Source: Eledone cirrhosa (Eukaryota). From it: a stretch of 64,000 nucleotides of DNA. The number at the start of each line of letters is the position of its first letter. Position 1 is the stretch's first letter. Made by a program: the position numbers and the translations under genes. Shown here one piece after another: positions 52,023 to 64,000 of the stretch. Below the pieces are notes generated by a model. It searched no databases and had not been told where the DNA came from. It saw only the letters and a list, made by a program, of their open reading frames with translations. Location: contig OZ024743.1 of the NCBI GenBank assembly GCA_964016885.1, positions 338,706,001-338,770,000 of the forward strand, written 5' to 3'.

Positions 52023-54624
52023 GCTATTGTTTCCTCCCGTTACATTGTATTTTGTATTTTCTACGCCATCTTTATTTAGTCTGTTTATATATTTATTTAT
52101 TGGTTTATTTTATTTTGTCTTCTTTGCGCATGCGTTTGCGTGTGTGTATAGTGTTTTGTTTGATGTGTGTTCGTGATTGGGTGACTGTGTATTGGTTAAT
52201 GTATTCTATCTTTACTAGTGTGTGTTTATATGTGTTTGTTGTTATTGTGCTTGTGTATGTATTTATTTATCTATTTATTTATTTATTTATACTTCTCTAA
52301 GGTCAGTGTTCTTTGTTTGGGTGTGGTTGTTATTCCATTCATTCTTTCTGTTTAGCCTTGGCCTTCTAATTTCTATTTCACTGGCCTCTCTGATTTGCCT
52401 ATCTGCTGGGTCATTTCTATGTTTAGATATTATTCTAATTTCTATGTTGTCTATGTTACCGCCGTGTTGTTGTCTGGCATGTTCGTATAGTACTGACCCG
52501 TTTTTTTGTCCTTTTAGTTCCCCCTAGTGTTGGTCTATCCTTTCACCTATGCTACGAGCTGTCTCGCCTATGTATGTTGTTGTCATGTTTCTGCAGGTAC
52601 CTTCTGTACATCTTATGCTATAGACTACGTTTCTAGTTTTACAGTTTATCCGGAGGTTTACCTTACATATGATACATTTCCTATTAGTACAATGGGTTTT
52701 CCTAAAAGGGTAGGTTTTGCTGATCAGGGATTTTATGGTGGTTTCTGGCTTTTCTACCACCTTAATCTCTAAGTGGGTCTTTCTCAGGGCCTTTCTACAC
52801 TGGTTAGCTAATTTCCCTCCAGGGGTAGCGTCCACAAACATGACACTCTGGTATCTCTGGTTGTCGTACCATGAGGTGGCTTTCCCTATCTTATGTCTAG
52901 CCCTATCTAATCTACTCCATGATTTGCTCCTGTATAATGGGGAAATTCCTTTCATGTCCAGTTCTATGAGGGTCTTATACTTCTCTATGGCTCCTTCGTA
53001 TACACTGATTCTGTCTCTTTGGTTGTAGCCAGAGAACTGCATGCGGTTGATGAAGTGTTGGATGTGTCTTTCCATTTCTGTTGGGTCGCACATGCGGGAC
53101 ACATTCTTCATTACTCGTTCCAAATCTGCGATCAGAATATTAAACTTAGCACTACTGGACATTGCTGAGTTTTTGAGTATCAGGTATTTGAAGGCCATGG
53201 GTTTAGCATAGTGTGAGTGGAGAAGTTGGGCTCTCTCGTCTATAGTGTTAATCCAGAGTTCCGTGTCTAATACAGGTAGTCTATTGTTAGGGTGTTTGGA
53301 AGGGTAGTTGATAGTTATAGTTATACTCTGGTGTATGGAATTAGCTATCTGCTGGATGCTTTCTATTGTGCTACGTTCTAAATCAAACTTGTTAGTGCTC
53401 TCTAGTGGGGATGTTCTTATAACTATATTGATATCGTCTACGTAACGAGAGTACATGATGAGGTCTATGGAACTCTCATTAAGGAGATCTTTAAGTCTCC
53501 TTTCCCACCATACCATAAAAAGGTTGGCAACATCACCAGCTATGCTGACGCCAATGGCTGCTCCCTCATTTTGGGTGTAGATCTTCTCGTTGAACTTGAA
53601 TATGTGGCCCTTTAGGGTAGTTTTGATACTAGCCCCTATTGCATGTGCGACCATTTTTCTTACCTGATCATTGTTTTGGGGCGTCCGTATAGCTTTGGTC
53701 CACCCAATCCACCTTCCCATGGGAGTCTTTTTAGCCATTGAGATTATGGTGGGGGGGGGGGTCTACCTCTTATGGGTCTACTAGGGCAGAAACGTCTAAG
53801 GTCATGGCTGTCTAGGTAGAAAGGAAAATAGAATATTCTCAAAAATACCCAGATAACATCAACAATATACGTATGACTGATGTAAAACTACCGGAAGAAT
53901 TTACCAATGACCACACAATAAATATTTATGGGAACACTTTAATCAGTGAACAAGAACAACAAATCCTGCAGCTACCACCAAAATTTGCCATCTACAAAAA
54001 GATTAACCCTATTGAGTGCAAAACGTAGCTGGAAAAGTGTTTCACAAAAATACGTTGGAAAGCAAAAGTAAACAACAACAACAACAACAATAATAATAAC
54101 GGTAGTAGTAATATAAACAATAACTCTGAGTATAGAAATAACAGCTATAATAGTAATAGTCATAACAATAACAATAGCAGGAGAGTGAGAAATAGTAATA
54201 ATGGTAATAATACAAACGATAGACAGAACAACCACAACAACCACAATAATAATAATAATAGAAACATTAACTACAGACACAGCAGCAGCGACCACAGTAG
54301 TAATAACGGTAACAATACGAACAACAACAACAACAACAACAACCACAGTGGTAATAATGGAAATAATACATGTAGCAACATTAATGATAGACACAACAAA
54401 AACAAGAAACATAATAAAAGTAACAACCACAATGGTAGAAATAACAGTAACAACAACAATAACAGTGAAGTAAACAACAATCACAGCAGCAACAATACAT
54501 CTAGCAATCATAACAATAATAATAATGCTAATGATAGGAACAACAACAACCACGATAATAACAATAATAGAAACACACACAACTATGACGATAGATATAA
54601 TGACAACCCCTTAGAGAAACTATT

Positions 54625-55205
54625 TGTAGTGACCTACATTCCGCGGGCTCACATACATTCTCTGTGCGTGATTTGGCTCAGTTCAGCCAATCAGCGCCAG
54701 TAGAAGAGAATGTATCCCTACGCGCCCTGAGGAAGAAATTCCCCGCGAAGATTTGAAGAATCTCTCTCTTGTACCGGAAACTTCAAGCCATCAACACGCA
54801 TAATGTAACGGTGAGATCTTGCACCCTAGCCTCGCCGGCTTAACGGCGCAATGGCACATTCCCTTTTGTAACCTCTTTTTATCTGTAACTTCAACCATAT
54901 AAGTTAACAAACATTGTTTGTACTACATCAAAAATAAACAAACATTTCATCTCTAATTACTGCTGTTGAAATCATTATTATGTTACTCGTGTCTCAATAA
55001 CATCTATAATCCATGCTGCTGGAATTGGCGACCTGACGAAAGGAATATTGTAAATAGATGGTAAATAGATCGAGGGACCTTCCCTCACGTCTATGTCGAC
55101 AAGATAATCCAACGAGGATACTATCACTTACCACACTGGCAACTAACGACCTTCAATCATCTACCCTATTAAAGTGGCGACTACTCTATAACTAATACTG
55201 CTAAA
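54625..55205 (+). mobile_element. Solo LTR (Gypsy-like) inserted in the PLE ORF
   Basis: TGTAG...CTAAA ends (one mismatch from CTACA); 4-bp TSD TATT; internal AATAAA; removal restores the frame EKLF-FNPADK. Confidence 0.75.
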
Positions 55206-57511
55206 TATTTTTCAACCCAGCTGACAAAACATATAAGATGGGTAATATCTATCCTACGAGGTTACCCTTTAATAAAAGAGTTTGCATACCACAACAAATA
55301 GATGACGAGACAGAGGCACAGTTCACTATAGCTAGAAATAAGATTAGACAAATAGTAGACCGGTATACTAAGAGACAGAGCAGACCAGAGGCCCAACAAC
55401 TTGGGAGGAAATGTGTAGAAGGCTTGGTTAGTCTCAAGCAGCGCACAAGGGATGGTGAGGTAGTATGTAAATAGATAGCATGCCGAACTACATCAAGGCT
55501 ATGCAACCCCACATCACCAACACGAGCGAAATTGCACAGCAAACACATGATGGGAGAGAGAAAATCCTCAACGCTCACATGATGATGTGGACCGACATCC
55601 TAAAGCCAAGCAGACGCACCGCCAACAACTTCCAGGCGTCTAACAATGGCATACCACCCTTGCATGGGCTCCGCAAAGACCACAAGACAGTCGACGACCC
55701 GACAACAGGACCACCAACAAGACCCGTATGCGGAGCAAATATAGCTAGCAACTACAGGATCTCCTACTTCCTCTCAATGGTTATACGCCCCATAATCAAG
55801 ATGTCGCCCAGATGTATGTGACAGTACAGAGGACCTCCTCAGCAGAATCAGTGAGTGCAACAAAAACAGGAGCCTATCCAACTGCATAATAGGCAGCATG
55901 GATGTGGTATCACTGTACCCATCCATTAACATTGATTTTGTTGTGGAAAAATGTGTGGAGATGATCATTGAGAGTGAGGTGGAGTTCTGCGACGTCGACA
56001 CAGACGAACTGGGCCTCCTACTTAGACTTACCTACGACACTGACTACCTAGACAGCAATGACCTTAGACGTTTCTGCCCTAGTAGACCCATAAGAGGTAG
56101 ATACCCCACCACCACCACCACCATAACCTCAATAGCTAAAAAGACTCCCATGGGAAGGTGGATTGGGTGGACCAAAGCTATATGGACCCCCCCAAAACAA
56201 TGATCAGGTAAGAAAAATGGTCGCACGTGCAATAGGGGCTAGTATCAAAACTACCCTAAAGGGCCACATATTCAAGTTCAACGAGAAGATCTACACCCAA
56301 AATGAGGGAGCAGCCATTGGCGTCAGCATAGCTGGTGATGTTGCCAACCTTTTTATGGTATGGTGGGAAAGGAGACTTAAAGATCTCCTTAATAAAGCTC
56401 CATAGACCTCATCATGTACTCTCGTTATGTAGACGATATCAATATAGTTATAAGAACATCCCCACTAGAGAGCACTAACAAGTTTGATTTAGAACGTAGC
56501 ACAATGGAAAGCATCCAGCAGATAGCTGATTCCATACACCAGAGTATAACTGTAACTATCGACTACCCTTCCAAACACCTTAACAATAGACTACCTGTAT
56601 TAGACACGGAACTCTGGATTAACACTATAGACGAGAGAGCCCAAATTCTCCACTCACACTATGATAAACCCATGGCCTCCAAATACCTGATACTCAAAAA
56701 CTCAGCAATGTCCAGTAGTGCTAAGTTTAATATTCTGATCGCAGGCTTGGTACGAGTGATAAGGAACGTGTCCCGCATGTGCGACCCAACAGAAATGGAA
56801 AGACACATCCAACACTTCGTGAACCGCATGCAGTTCTATGGCGACAACCAAAGAGACTGAATCAGAGTATACGAGGAGCCACGGAGAAGTATAAGACCCT
56901 CATAGAACTGGACATGAAAGGAATTTCCCCATTATACAGGAGCAAATCATGGAGTAGATTAGATAGGGCTAGACATAAGATAGGGAAAGCCACCTCATGG
57001 TACGACAACCAGAGATACCAGAGTGTCATGTTTGTGGACGCTACCCCTGGAGGGAAATTAGCTAACCAGTGTAGAAAGGCCCTGAGAAAGACCCACTTAA
57101 AGATTAAGGTGGTAGAAAAGCCAGGAACCACCATAAAATCCCTGATCAGCAAAACCTACCCTTTTAAGAAAACCCACTGTACTAATAGGAAATGTATCAT
57201 ATGTAAGGTAAACCCCCGGATAAACTGTAAAACTAGAAACGTGGTCTATAGCATAAGATGTACAGAGGGTACTTGCAGAAACATGACAACTACATACATA
57301 GGCGAGACAGCTCATAGCATAGGTGAAAGCATAGACCAACACTGGGGGGAACTAAAAGGACGAAAAAACGGGTCAGTACTATACGAACATACCAGACAAC
57401 AACACGACGGTAACATAGACAACATAGAAATTAGAATAATATCTAAACATAGAAATGACCCAGCAGATAGGCAAATCAGAGAGGCCAGTGACATAGAACT
57501 TAGAAGGCCAA

Positions 57512-58123
57512 GGGAAGAGGTATTTTGGAACGCGGGCCACCAACAGACCTAATCGTGGATAAAATGCATGACCGGGCAATATGTAAAGAAAATAAACCGA
57601 ATACTCTGATGGCTGGATAATCTTTAAGGTTTTCCTCGATGAAACAGGAAAAATGCAGGTTTTCACCTAATGCGGGCCCGAGAGGATTAATAAAATGAAT
57701 TTTTTTTAATGTGCATAATATGCTTTGAAATTTCGGGAAAATTGGCTAGACGTAAAGCCCTAAAAAGCTGAAAAAAAATGAAGTTTATCACCTAATGCGG
57801 GCCCTAGGCCATAAAAAAGTTGGATTTTCTTTGCTCACGGTATGAAGAAGAGACTGACTAATAAATAGTTACAATTTCAAGGAAATCGGTCTGACGTAAC
57901 GCCTCAAAAAATTCCCCAAAAGCTGAAGAAAATGCAGTTTTTCACCTAATGCGGGCCCTAGGGGATCGAAAAGTTGAATCTTATGTGCATAACACTCCCT
58001 GAAACATAAGTAATACACATGTAAAGTTTGAAAAAATCGGTTGGGTACTTCTCGAGTTTTAGGGATTCAAACTCAGACACACAGACACACACACAGACAG
58101 ACATCCTCAGTTTTATATATAGA
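57512..58123 (-). mobile_element. Second copy of the 47582-48224 Helitron, lacking its 3' terminus
   Basis: Reverse-complement match. Confidence 0.8.
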
Positions 58124-58177
58124 GATATACATATGTATATATATATAAATATATACATATATATACATACATATATG

Positions 58178-58315
<138 letters not shown>

Positions 58316-58398
58316 AAGTAATTCCGTCGGAAAAGTCCAGGAAAAAAGAGCGCTCTATGTAGGTAACAGAGCTTAATAGTTATAACTATAGAGATTTA

Positions 58399-58467
<69 letters not shown>

Positions 58468-58815
58468 TAAATTTCTTTAAGTCGTTTGGAAGCCCCGACA
58501 ATGCAAATGGGTAAATCTCCGGGTAACAAGATCCGGTGGTGGAGAGAGAGATGTAAGTAGGTGTACGTTGAGATGCGTGGCGTGTATAAGACGTGTAGAG
58601 GAATGAAGGAAAGAGCATAAAGGATAAAATAAAATAACAACACGAGAGAGAGTTACCTTGGGAGAGATTTAATTGTCTCTATAAATTTCGGATTCACATC
58701 CATCAACTGGGGCTTTTTTCCGGGGTGGGGGACAGGTTGTCTGTCGGAAAGGTGCGAAACGAATCCTCCGCTGTTCGTTGTTTTGAATACATATATATAT
58801 ACATATATTTATACA

Positions 58816-58849
<34 letters not shown>

Positions 58850-59234
58850 CATATATATACACATATATATATACATATATATATATACATATATACATAT
58901 ATAGACATATATATATATATATACATACTTCCTCCCGTTTGACCTGCGCGGAGTTCCTTCCTTGCTCACATTTCGACTAGGTTTGATGGTCTTTATTCTC
59001 TCTCGTTCACGATTTCACCGAACTTATATTCATGGAAATCTGGGACTTGACTCTTTCCTCCTCACTTTTCGTTGCTTTACCATCTTTGTTTGTTTACACT
59101 CTCGCTCTTTCCCCTTATTTACGTGTCCCAACGATTTTCTTTAGCCGTTGCTCGCACCAACCGGAGGTATATGGTCTTTAAAGCGATGAAATACCAATAA
59201 AGGTTGGAAGATCAATGATGAAGGACTAACTTTA

Positions 59235-59279
<45 letters not shown>

Positions 59280-59283
59280 GTGT

Positions 59284-59337
<54 letters not shown>

Positions 59338-59354
59338 ATATATATATATATCTA

Positions 59355-60460
59355 TCTCTCTATCTAGGGCGAGTAAAATACCCAAAATCCATGGACGAGT
59401 TCTCTCCACAGGTCTCTGGGCCCCATCATCGCTGCCATGTCCTGCGTCTCCAAGAGACCTGTGTCTGTTCTTAGGGCAACAACATATATCAACCTCTGTC
59501 TCCCTCTTCTTGTGTGTCACTGTAGGGGCTTCCACAGGAGCACTAGATGCAGTGTCAACTCTGGATGTTGTCGAGGATGTCCAGCTAACCTCAGTCTCCT
59601 CTGTGTTACTTTCGAGCTGACTTTTGGGAGACTCCCGTACAGCTCTGAGTTCTTCATCCTGAGTGTATACTGATTAATGTTCAGAGCGATCCTCAGCATT
59701 CTCGTGTAGCACCCATCCACCATCTGAGTGAATTTCTTTGTCAGTGCCCAAGTCTCAGACCCGTACAATAGCACAAAATCCACTGTAGCACGAAGAGACG
59801 GATCTTCAGGTCTTTACGAAGGTCCGACTTCCACACCGATCTCAAACTGTGGCACACCACCCAGGCGCTGCTATTCCTCTCAGCCACATCATCCTCTGTG
59901 TTCCTAATCTTTGCTCCCAGATACAGGAAGTCCTCAACCAACTTTAGCGGCTTCCCGCCTACATTCATAATCTTCTCTGACTTCTTGATATTCTCTACCA
60001 GAAACTTCGACTTAACCTCATTCATTCTCAGCCCCACACTCATCGACACCGTCTCCACCTCCTGCATCAACTCCTCTGCCTCCTTTACTGTATTTGTCAC
60101 CAGAACTATGTCGTCAACAAATTCAGCATCTGATATCTTTTTAGCTTTAACTCTCCTGCTCTGAGCCAGTGCTTCAGTAAAGCCAGAGTCCTGGTTTTTC
60201 TCCAGCACAAGGCGCATACAATAAGCCACTGCGATAATAAAAAAGATAGGGTGCCAATGTATCTCCCTGGAGCTCTCCAGCCAGTATCTCAAAGAACTCC
60301 GTCATCCCGTCAGGTGTAATGACTTGGGACCTGATGTTGGTGTAGAGCAGTGATATCAGGTCCACTATCTTTTGGGGGATTCCATAAACCTGTAGGATCT
60401 TCATCAGGCAGTGACGGATCACAGGATCAAAGGCCTTCCTAAAGTCAATGAAACCATGAT
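59355..60460 (-). mobile_element. Decayed RTE-type LINE RT fragment
   Basis: FIDFRKAFD, LQGDTLAPYLF, FVDDI, FLYLG, LLYGSETW, RRLRLAGH across frameshifts. Confidence 0.85.
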
Positions 60461-61094
60461 AGCAGGCTAAACATTTACCACACACACATATCAAAATTCC
60501 CCTTCCCTGTCCATCCTCAGCCCTACCCTTATGTCTCATCCTCGTATCTCTCACTTAATTTTTAATTTATTGTTTTTTATCTTTTATCTGTCATTTGTTA
60601 CTACCTCTTAGACTCTACTTCTAACCCCTTGACCACCACGTATGTATGTATGTATCTAATGTTGCTTTTCATGTTAGTATTACCTCCACCCTCACATTTT
60701 TATACAGACACTTACTCACCACCACCACTATTATCAACTATCGTGTTCTGTCCTTATATATTTTTTTACTTATTTTTTTATTATTTTTTTTACTTTTTAC
60801 TTTTTACTTTTTACTTTTTACTTTTTACTTTTTACTTTTTACATCTGTAATTTCTTTACCTCTTTATCATTATATTTTATTATTAATGTTATTGTTTTGA
60901 TTCTACGCTGTATCTATATATACGAATCTGTGGCTTGGATTTATATTCAAGGGTCTCTTCACATCAACTTAAATGATCACGTTTCGTTCAATAAGTCCTT
61001 GTACCGCATATTAAGATTTGTGTACTTTGTGTAATTTTCAGAATAAAAGAAATCAATTTAATACTAGCAAAAATTTAAATATATATATATTATT

Positions 61095-61435
61095 AGGACA
61101 ATGGGATTTATGAGTTAATATCTGTATACAACAACTACAACGGTACGCGATGGGGCCCACCTACAGTCCCGGCGGACAGAATGGAGAAGGCGTTTCCCCG
61201 GAGGACGGCAAGGGAGACGCGCTGGAAAAGCCACTCCAACTCGCGGGGCTCACACCTGCGGCTGGCCAGCGCAGCGCCTATGGTGGTGAGTAAGGAGGTA
61301 GCCCTGGGACCGAGTACACCAGAAGTCTCCACTGCCAGGGGTACGACCGCAAACCTGTCGGAGAGCGACCGGTATTTGAGAAGTTTGGCCCCCTCAGCCC
61401 GACGTGCAGCAGAACCCGGGTCAGTCCATTGCCAT
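61095..61435 (-). mobile_element. CRE-like retrotransposon 3' fragment
   Basis: GSAARRAEGAKLLKYRSLSDRFAVVPLAVETSGVLGP..WLFQRVSLAVLRGNA. Confidence 0.75.
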
Positions 61436-61449
61436 ATGTGAGTTCTCTA

Positions 61450-61558
61450 TATTCTGAGGATTTGATCAGAGATAAACACTGTGTTTAAGGTCGAGTGAGG
61501 CAACTTCGAGTGATTAGCGGCCTTTAGTCCCACCTGATCAATGAAACAATTGTTAATA
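61450..61558 (+). ncRNA. Type I hammerhead with a large insertion in stem II
   Basis: UAUU-CUGAGGA-U-UUGAUCAG..64 nt..CUGAUCAA-U-GAAAC-AAUU-GUU-AAUA, then AAUAAA. Confidence 0.75.
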
Positions 61559-61614
61559 CTTGAAATAAAGCCCCTTGTTGTACAGCTGACCATGTTATTC
61601 TTCAATCTTTCACT

Positions 61615-61621
61615 ATATATA

Positions 61622-61708
<87 letters not shown>

Positions 61709-61848
61709 ATGTATATATGTATATGTGTATGTGTGTGCGAATGTGTATGTATGGGTATGTGTGTATGTATATGTATGTGTATGTATGTGTGTATATATAT
61801 GTATATATATATGTGTGTGTGTGTGTGTCTGTGTGTGTGTGTGTATAA

Positions 61849-61910
<62 letters not shown>

Positions 61911-62031
61911 ATATGTGTATGTATGTGAGTGTCTGTGTGCATACACATATGTATGTACGTGTATACGTGTACGAATGTATATATGTATATGTACGTGTGT
62001 ATGAACATGTGTATTTATGTGTAGGTATGTG

Positions 62032-62090
<59 letters not shown>

Positions 62091-62178
62091 GTGTGTGTGT
62101 GTTTGTGTGTGTGTATACACAATTATATGTATGTGTATTTGGACGCATACGTTCGTATGTGCGTGGGTATATGTGTAT
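61615..62178. repeat. (TA)n/(TG)n compound microsatellite
   Basis: Directly visible. Confidence 0.95.
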
Positions 62179-62959
62179 ATTTTTGCGTAAGTACCAGTAA
62201 TGCACTGGGTAATTGCTGGCCTTGTGCCTAAAGTAGAAACAATTATTACTTGATTTTAATAACCTCTGTTATTTTCATTCAACAAATTTATTTACATTAT
62301 TCTTAAACTCCGGAGCTGAGAATCATTCGGTTATTCTAAATAGAATATCTAAACTATAATAAAGTAAGGAGTGCGGGACTGCATCCAGAATAACATTTTT
62401 TATCCCGTTTGTAAAATAAGTTGGATTACTTTGAATAAATAAAGAATGAATATTACATAATTTATGTACTAAATTTCGTAACTAAATTTCGTATTTATAA
62501 ATAATTTAAAATTGATTTCTTTTCAAAGTTATAAATTTTTAGACTTCCGGTATATCTTCTTTTTTTAGTCAGGCCAGCACGCGCGCGGCGTTACGTGGGG
62601 TGATGGCGAGGCTGGGGTGCTGGAACAACCAAGTGCCCTCACGAGCACCACCAGTTACCTCTGTTTGGCGAGCCGCCAGTGAAGATAAGAACCTCGCTGT
62701 CATTAGCCCGACTCCCCCAAACGTCTCGAACACCACAAAATTGAGGGGATGTTTGCCCGGACCAAAGCTCTTGAGTGGTAATAGGACAGTGTGTGTATGT
62801 GCACGCGCGAGTTTGTTGGTGTTCTTAAATTAGAGACGTGTGTGTGTCACTGTTTTTAAGTTAGAGACATATATGTGTGTATCCCTTTTCTTTCTTTTAC
62901 ACACACATACATTCACACAAACACATTGTGTGATGGACGGGTGGACAGAAATTCCTCAA

Positions 62960-63590
62960 ATTTATATACATGTGAATGGAGTTCTACTGAAGCAGTTAGA
63001 GAAGTTCAAGTTTCTTGGAGCCGTGTTCATGAGTGATGGAATGCAGGAGGCTGAATTAAGTGCAAGAATTGCAAAAGCTGATGCAGTAATGCGCCAGCCT
63101 CAGCATTCAGCAATCAGAAGAAGGGGGTAGGTGTATAAGCCAAACTCGCTGTCTTCCTGGTATTCCTGCCAACTCTTACTGAGGATCATGAATCTTGAGT
63201 AATGACCAAAAGAATACAATTGCAAATAAAAGCGGCAGAAATGGGATCCTCCGAAGGGTCTTTGGAGTAACATTACTCGATAAAGTGCATAGCTCAGAGA
63301 CCAGAGAGTCACTCCTGGTAGAGCCGCTACTTCTCCGAATTGAGAGATCACAACTCCGATATTATGAGTATGTGGTTATAATGTCTCAGTAAAGAATCGC
63401 TGGACACATTTTACAGGCAAAACCAACCGTCAAGATAGTTGGATAACATCCATGAACTTGGCTGGTCACACTTTGGGATCCAGCTACATCACTTAGAGAT
63501 GTTTGCTTCTGACAGACTCGTTGGAAGGAGTGTTTGAGAAGGACTCTGTCCCAACGACCCTCTCTGAAATAAGTGGGCTAGAAGAAGAAG
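62960..63590 (+). mobile_element. Decayed RTE LINE 3' fragment
   Basis: VNG..LKQLEKFKFLG..F.SDG; LRRVFGVTLLDKV..RESLLVEPLLLRIERSQLR. Confidence 0.75.
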
Positions 63591-63829
63591 ATATTGTCAA
63601 TTTACTTTTCAATTTACACATATATATATATGCGTATATAATACAAATATGCACACTACATACGCTAGCCGAAAACCGGCCGAAGGGCAGTTTTTCTGCT
63701 AGTTAGTCTAATGACTCCATTCATACCATAAACGTGGTTTTTTTTTTTTTTTGTCTTTGCGTGAAATTGTTCTCATCGCCCCACATAACACCGAAATTAT
63801 CTTCGCTTTTTTCCGTTCATTGCCAGGGA

Positions 63830-63995
63830 ACGTCTTCTCGAACCAAAGTATCGTCTTCCTAATTTCCTTCGCAGAAGTAAATATTTTGAAAAACGTATTT
63901 TTTCGAAATATTTACTTCTGCGTCCACAGATTAGAGTTTAAACAAAGAATCGCTGCTTTCACCCTTAACGGATCTTCTGAAACTAAAAAGATCAT
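63830..63995 (-). repeat. Copy of the 4657-5032 family with a hairpin (63870-63922) and a hammerhead-like motif (about 63935-63985)
   Basis: Shares aaagaatcgctgctttcacccttaacggatcttctgaaact. Confidence 0.75.
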
Positions 63996-64000
63996 ATATA

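Larger units (their letters stand above)
51772..57511. mobile_element. PLE in inverted configuration: minus arm 53818->51772 (with 3' pseudo-LTR) and plus arm 53819->57511
   Basis: ORF 52524-53738 nearly identical to ORFs 56163-57552; LPPKFA, KIRWK, RPVCGA, YSRYVDD, NVVY..YIGETA; related to the 5890-9153 element. Confidence 0.93.

Noticed and set aside
53972-54580. Hydrophobic 202-aa membrane-protein-like ORF
   Set aside because: Antisense reading of the AAC/AAT-rich tract
54727-54790. CUGAGGA...GAAAC inside the solo LTR
   Set aside because: No compatible stems I and III; likely chance

Overview
This 64 kb window is AT-rich, microsatellite-dense animal DNA with no recognisable host gene. 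The tRNA-derived SINE families suggest a cephalopod such as Octopus (inference). Almost all of it is nested mobile elements. It holds five large Penelope-like element (PLE) insertions from two lineages, four with inverted 3' ends, and one near-intact RTE LINE with a single frameshift. There are also L1/Tx1, RTE, CRE-like and R4-like fragments, a DD41D-type Tc1/mariner relic, MITEs, non-autonomous Helitrons, a solo LTR and more than 25 SINE copies. The main hidden signal, read by eye, is about 24 type I hammerhead ribozyme (HHR) or HHR-like motifs from roughly a dozen unrelated sequence families. Some lie in PLE pseudo-LTRs. Many lie in small non-coding modules sitting in (TA)n tracts as foldbacks or as tandem 433 and 467 nt units that resemble retrozymes. 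Several have non-canonical cores. Most short ORFs in the supplied track are translations of microsatellites. Coordinates were counted by hand and may be off by a few bases.
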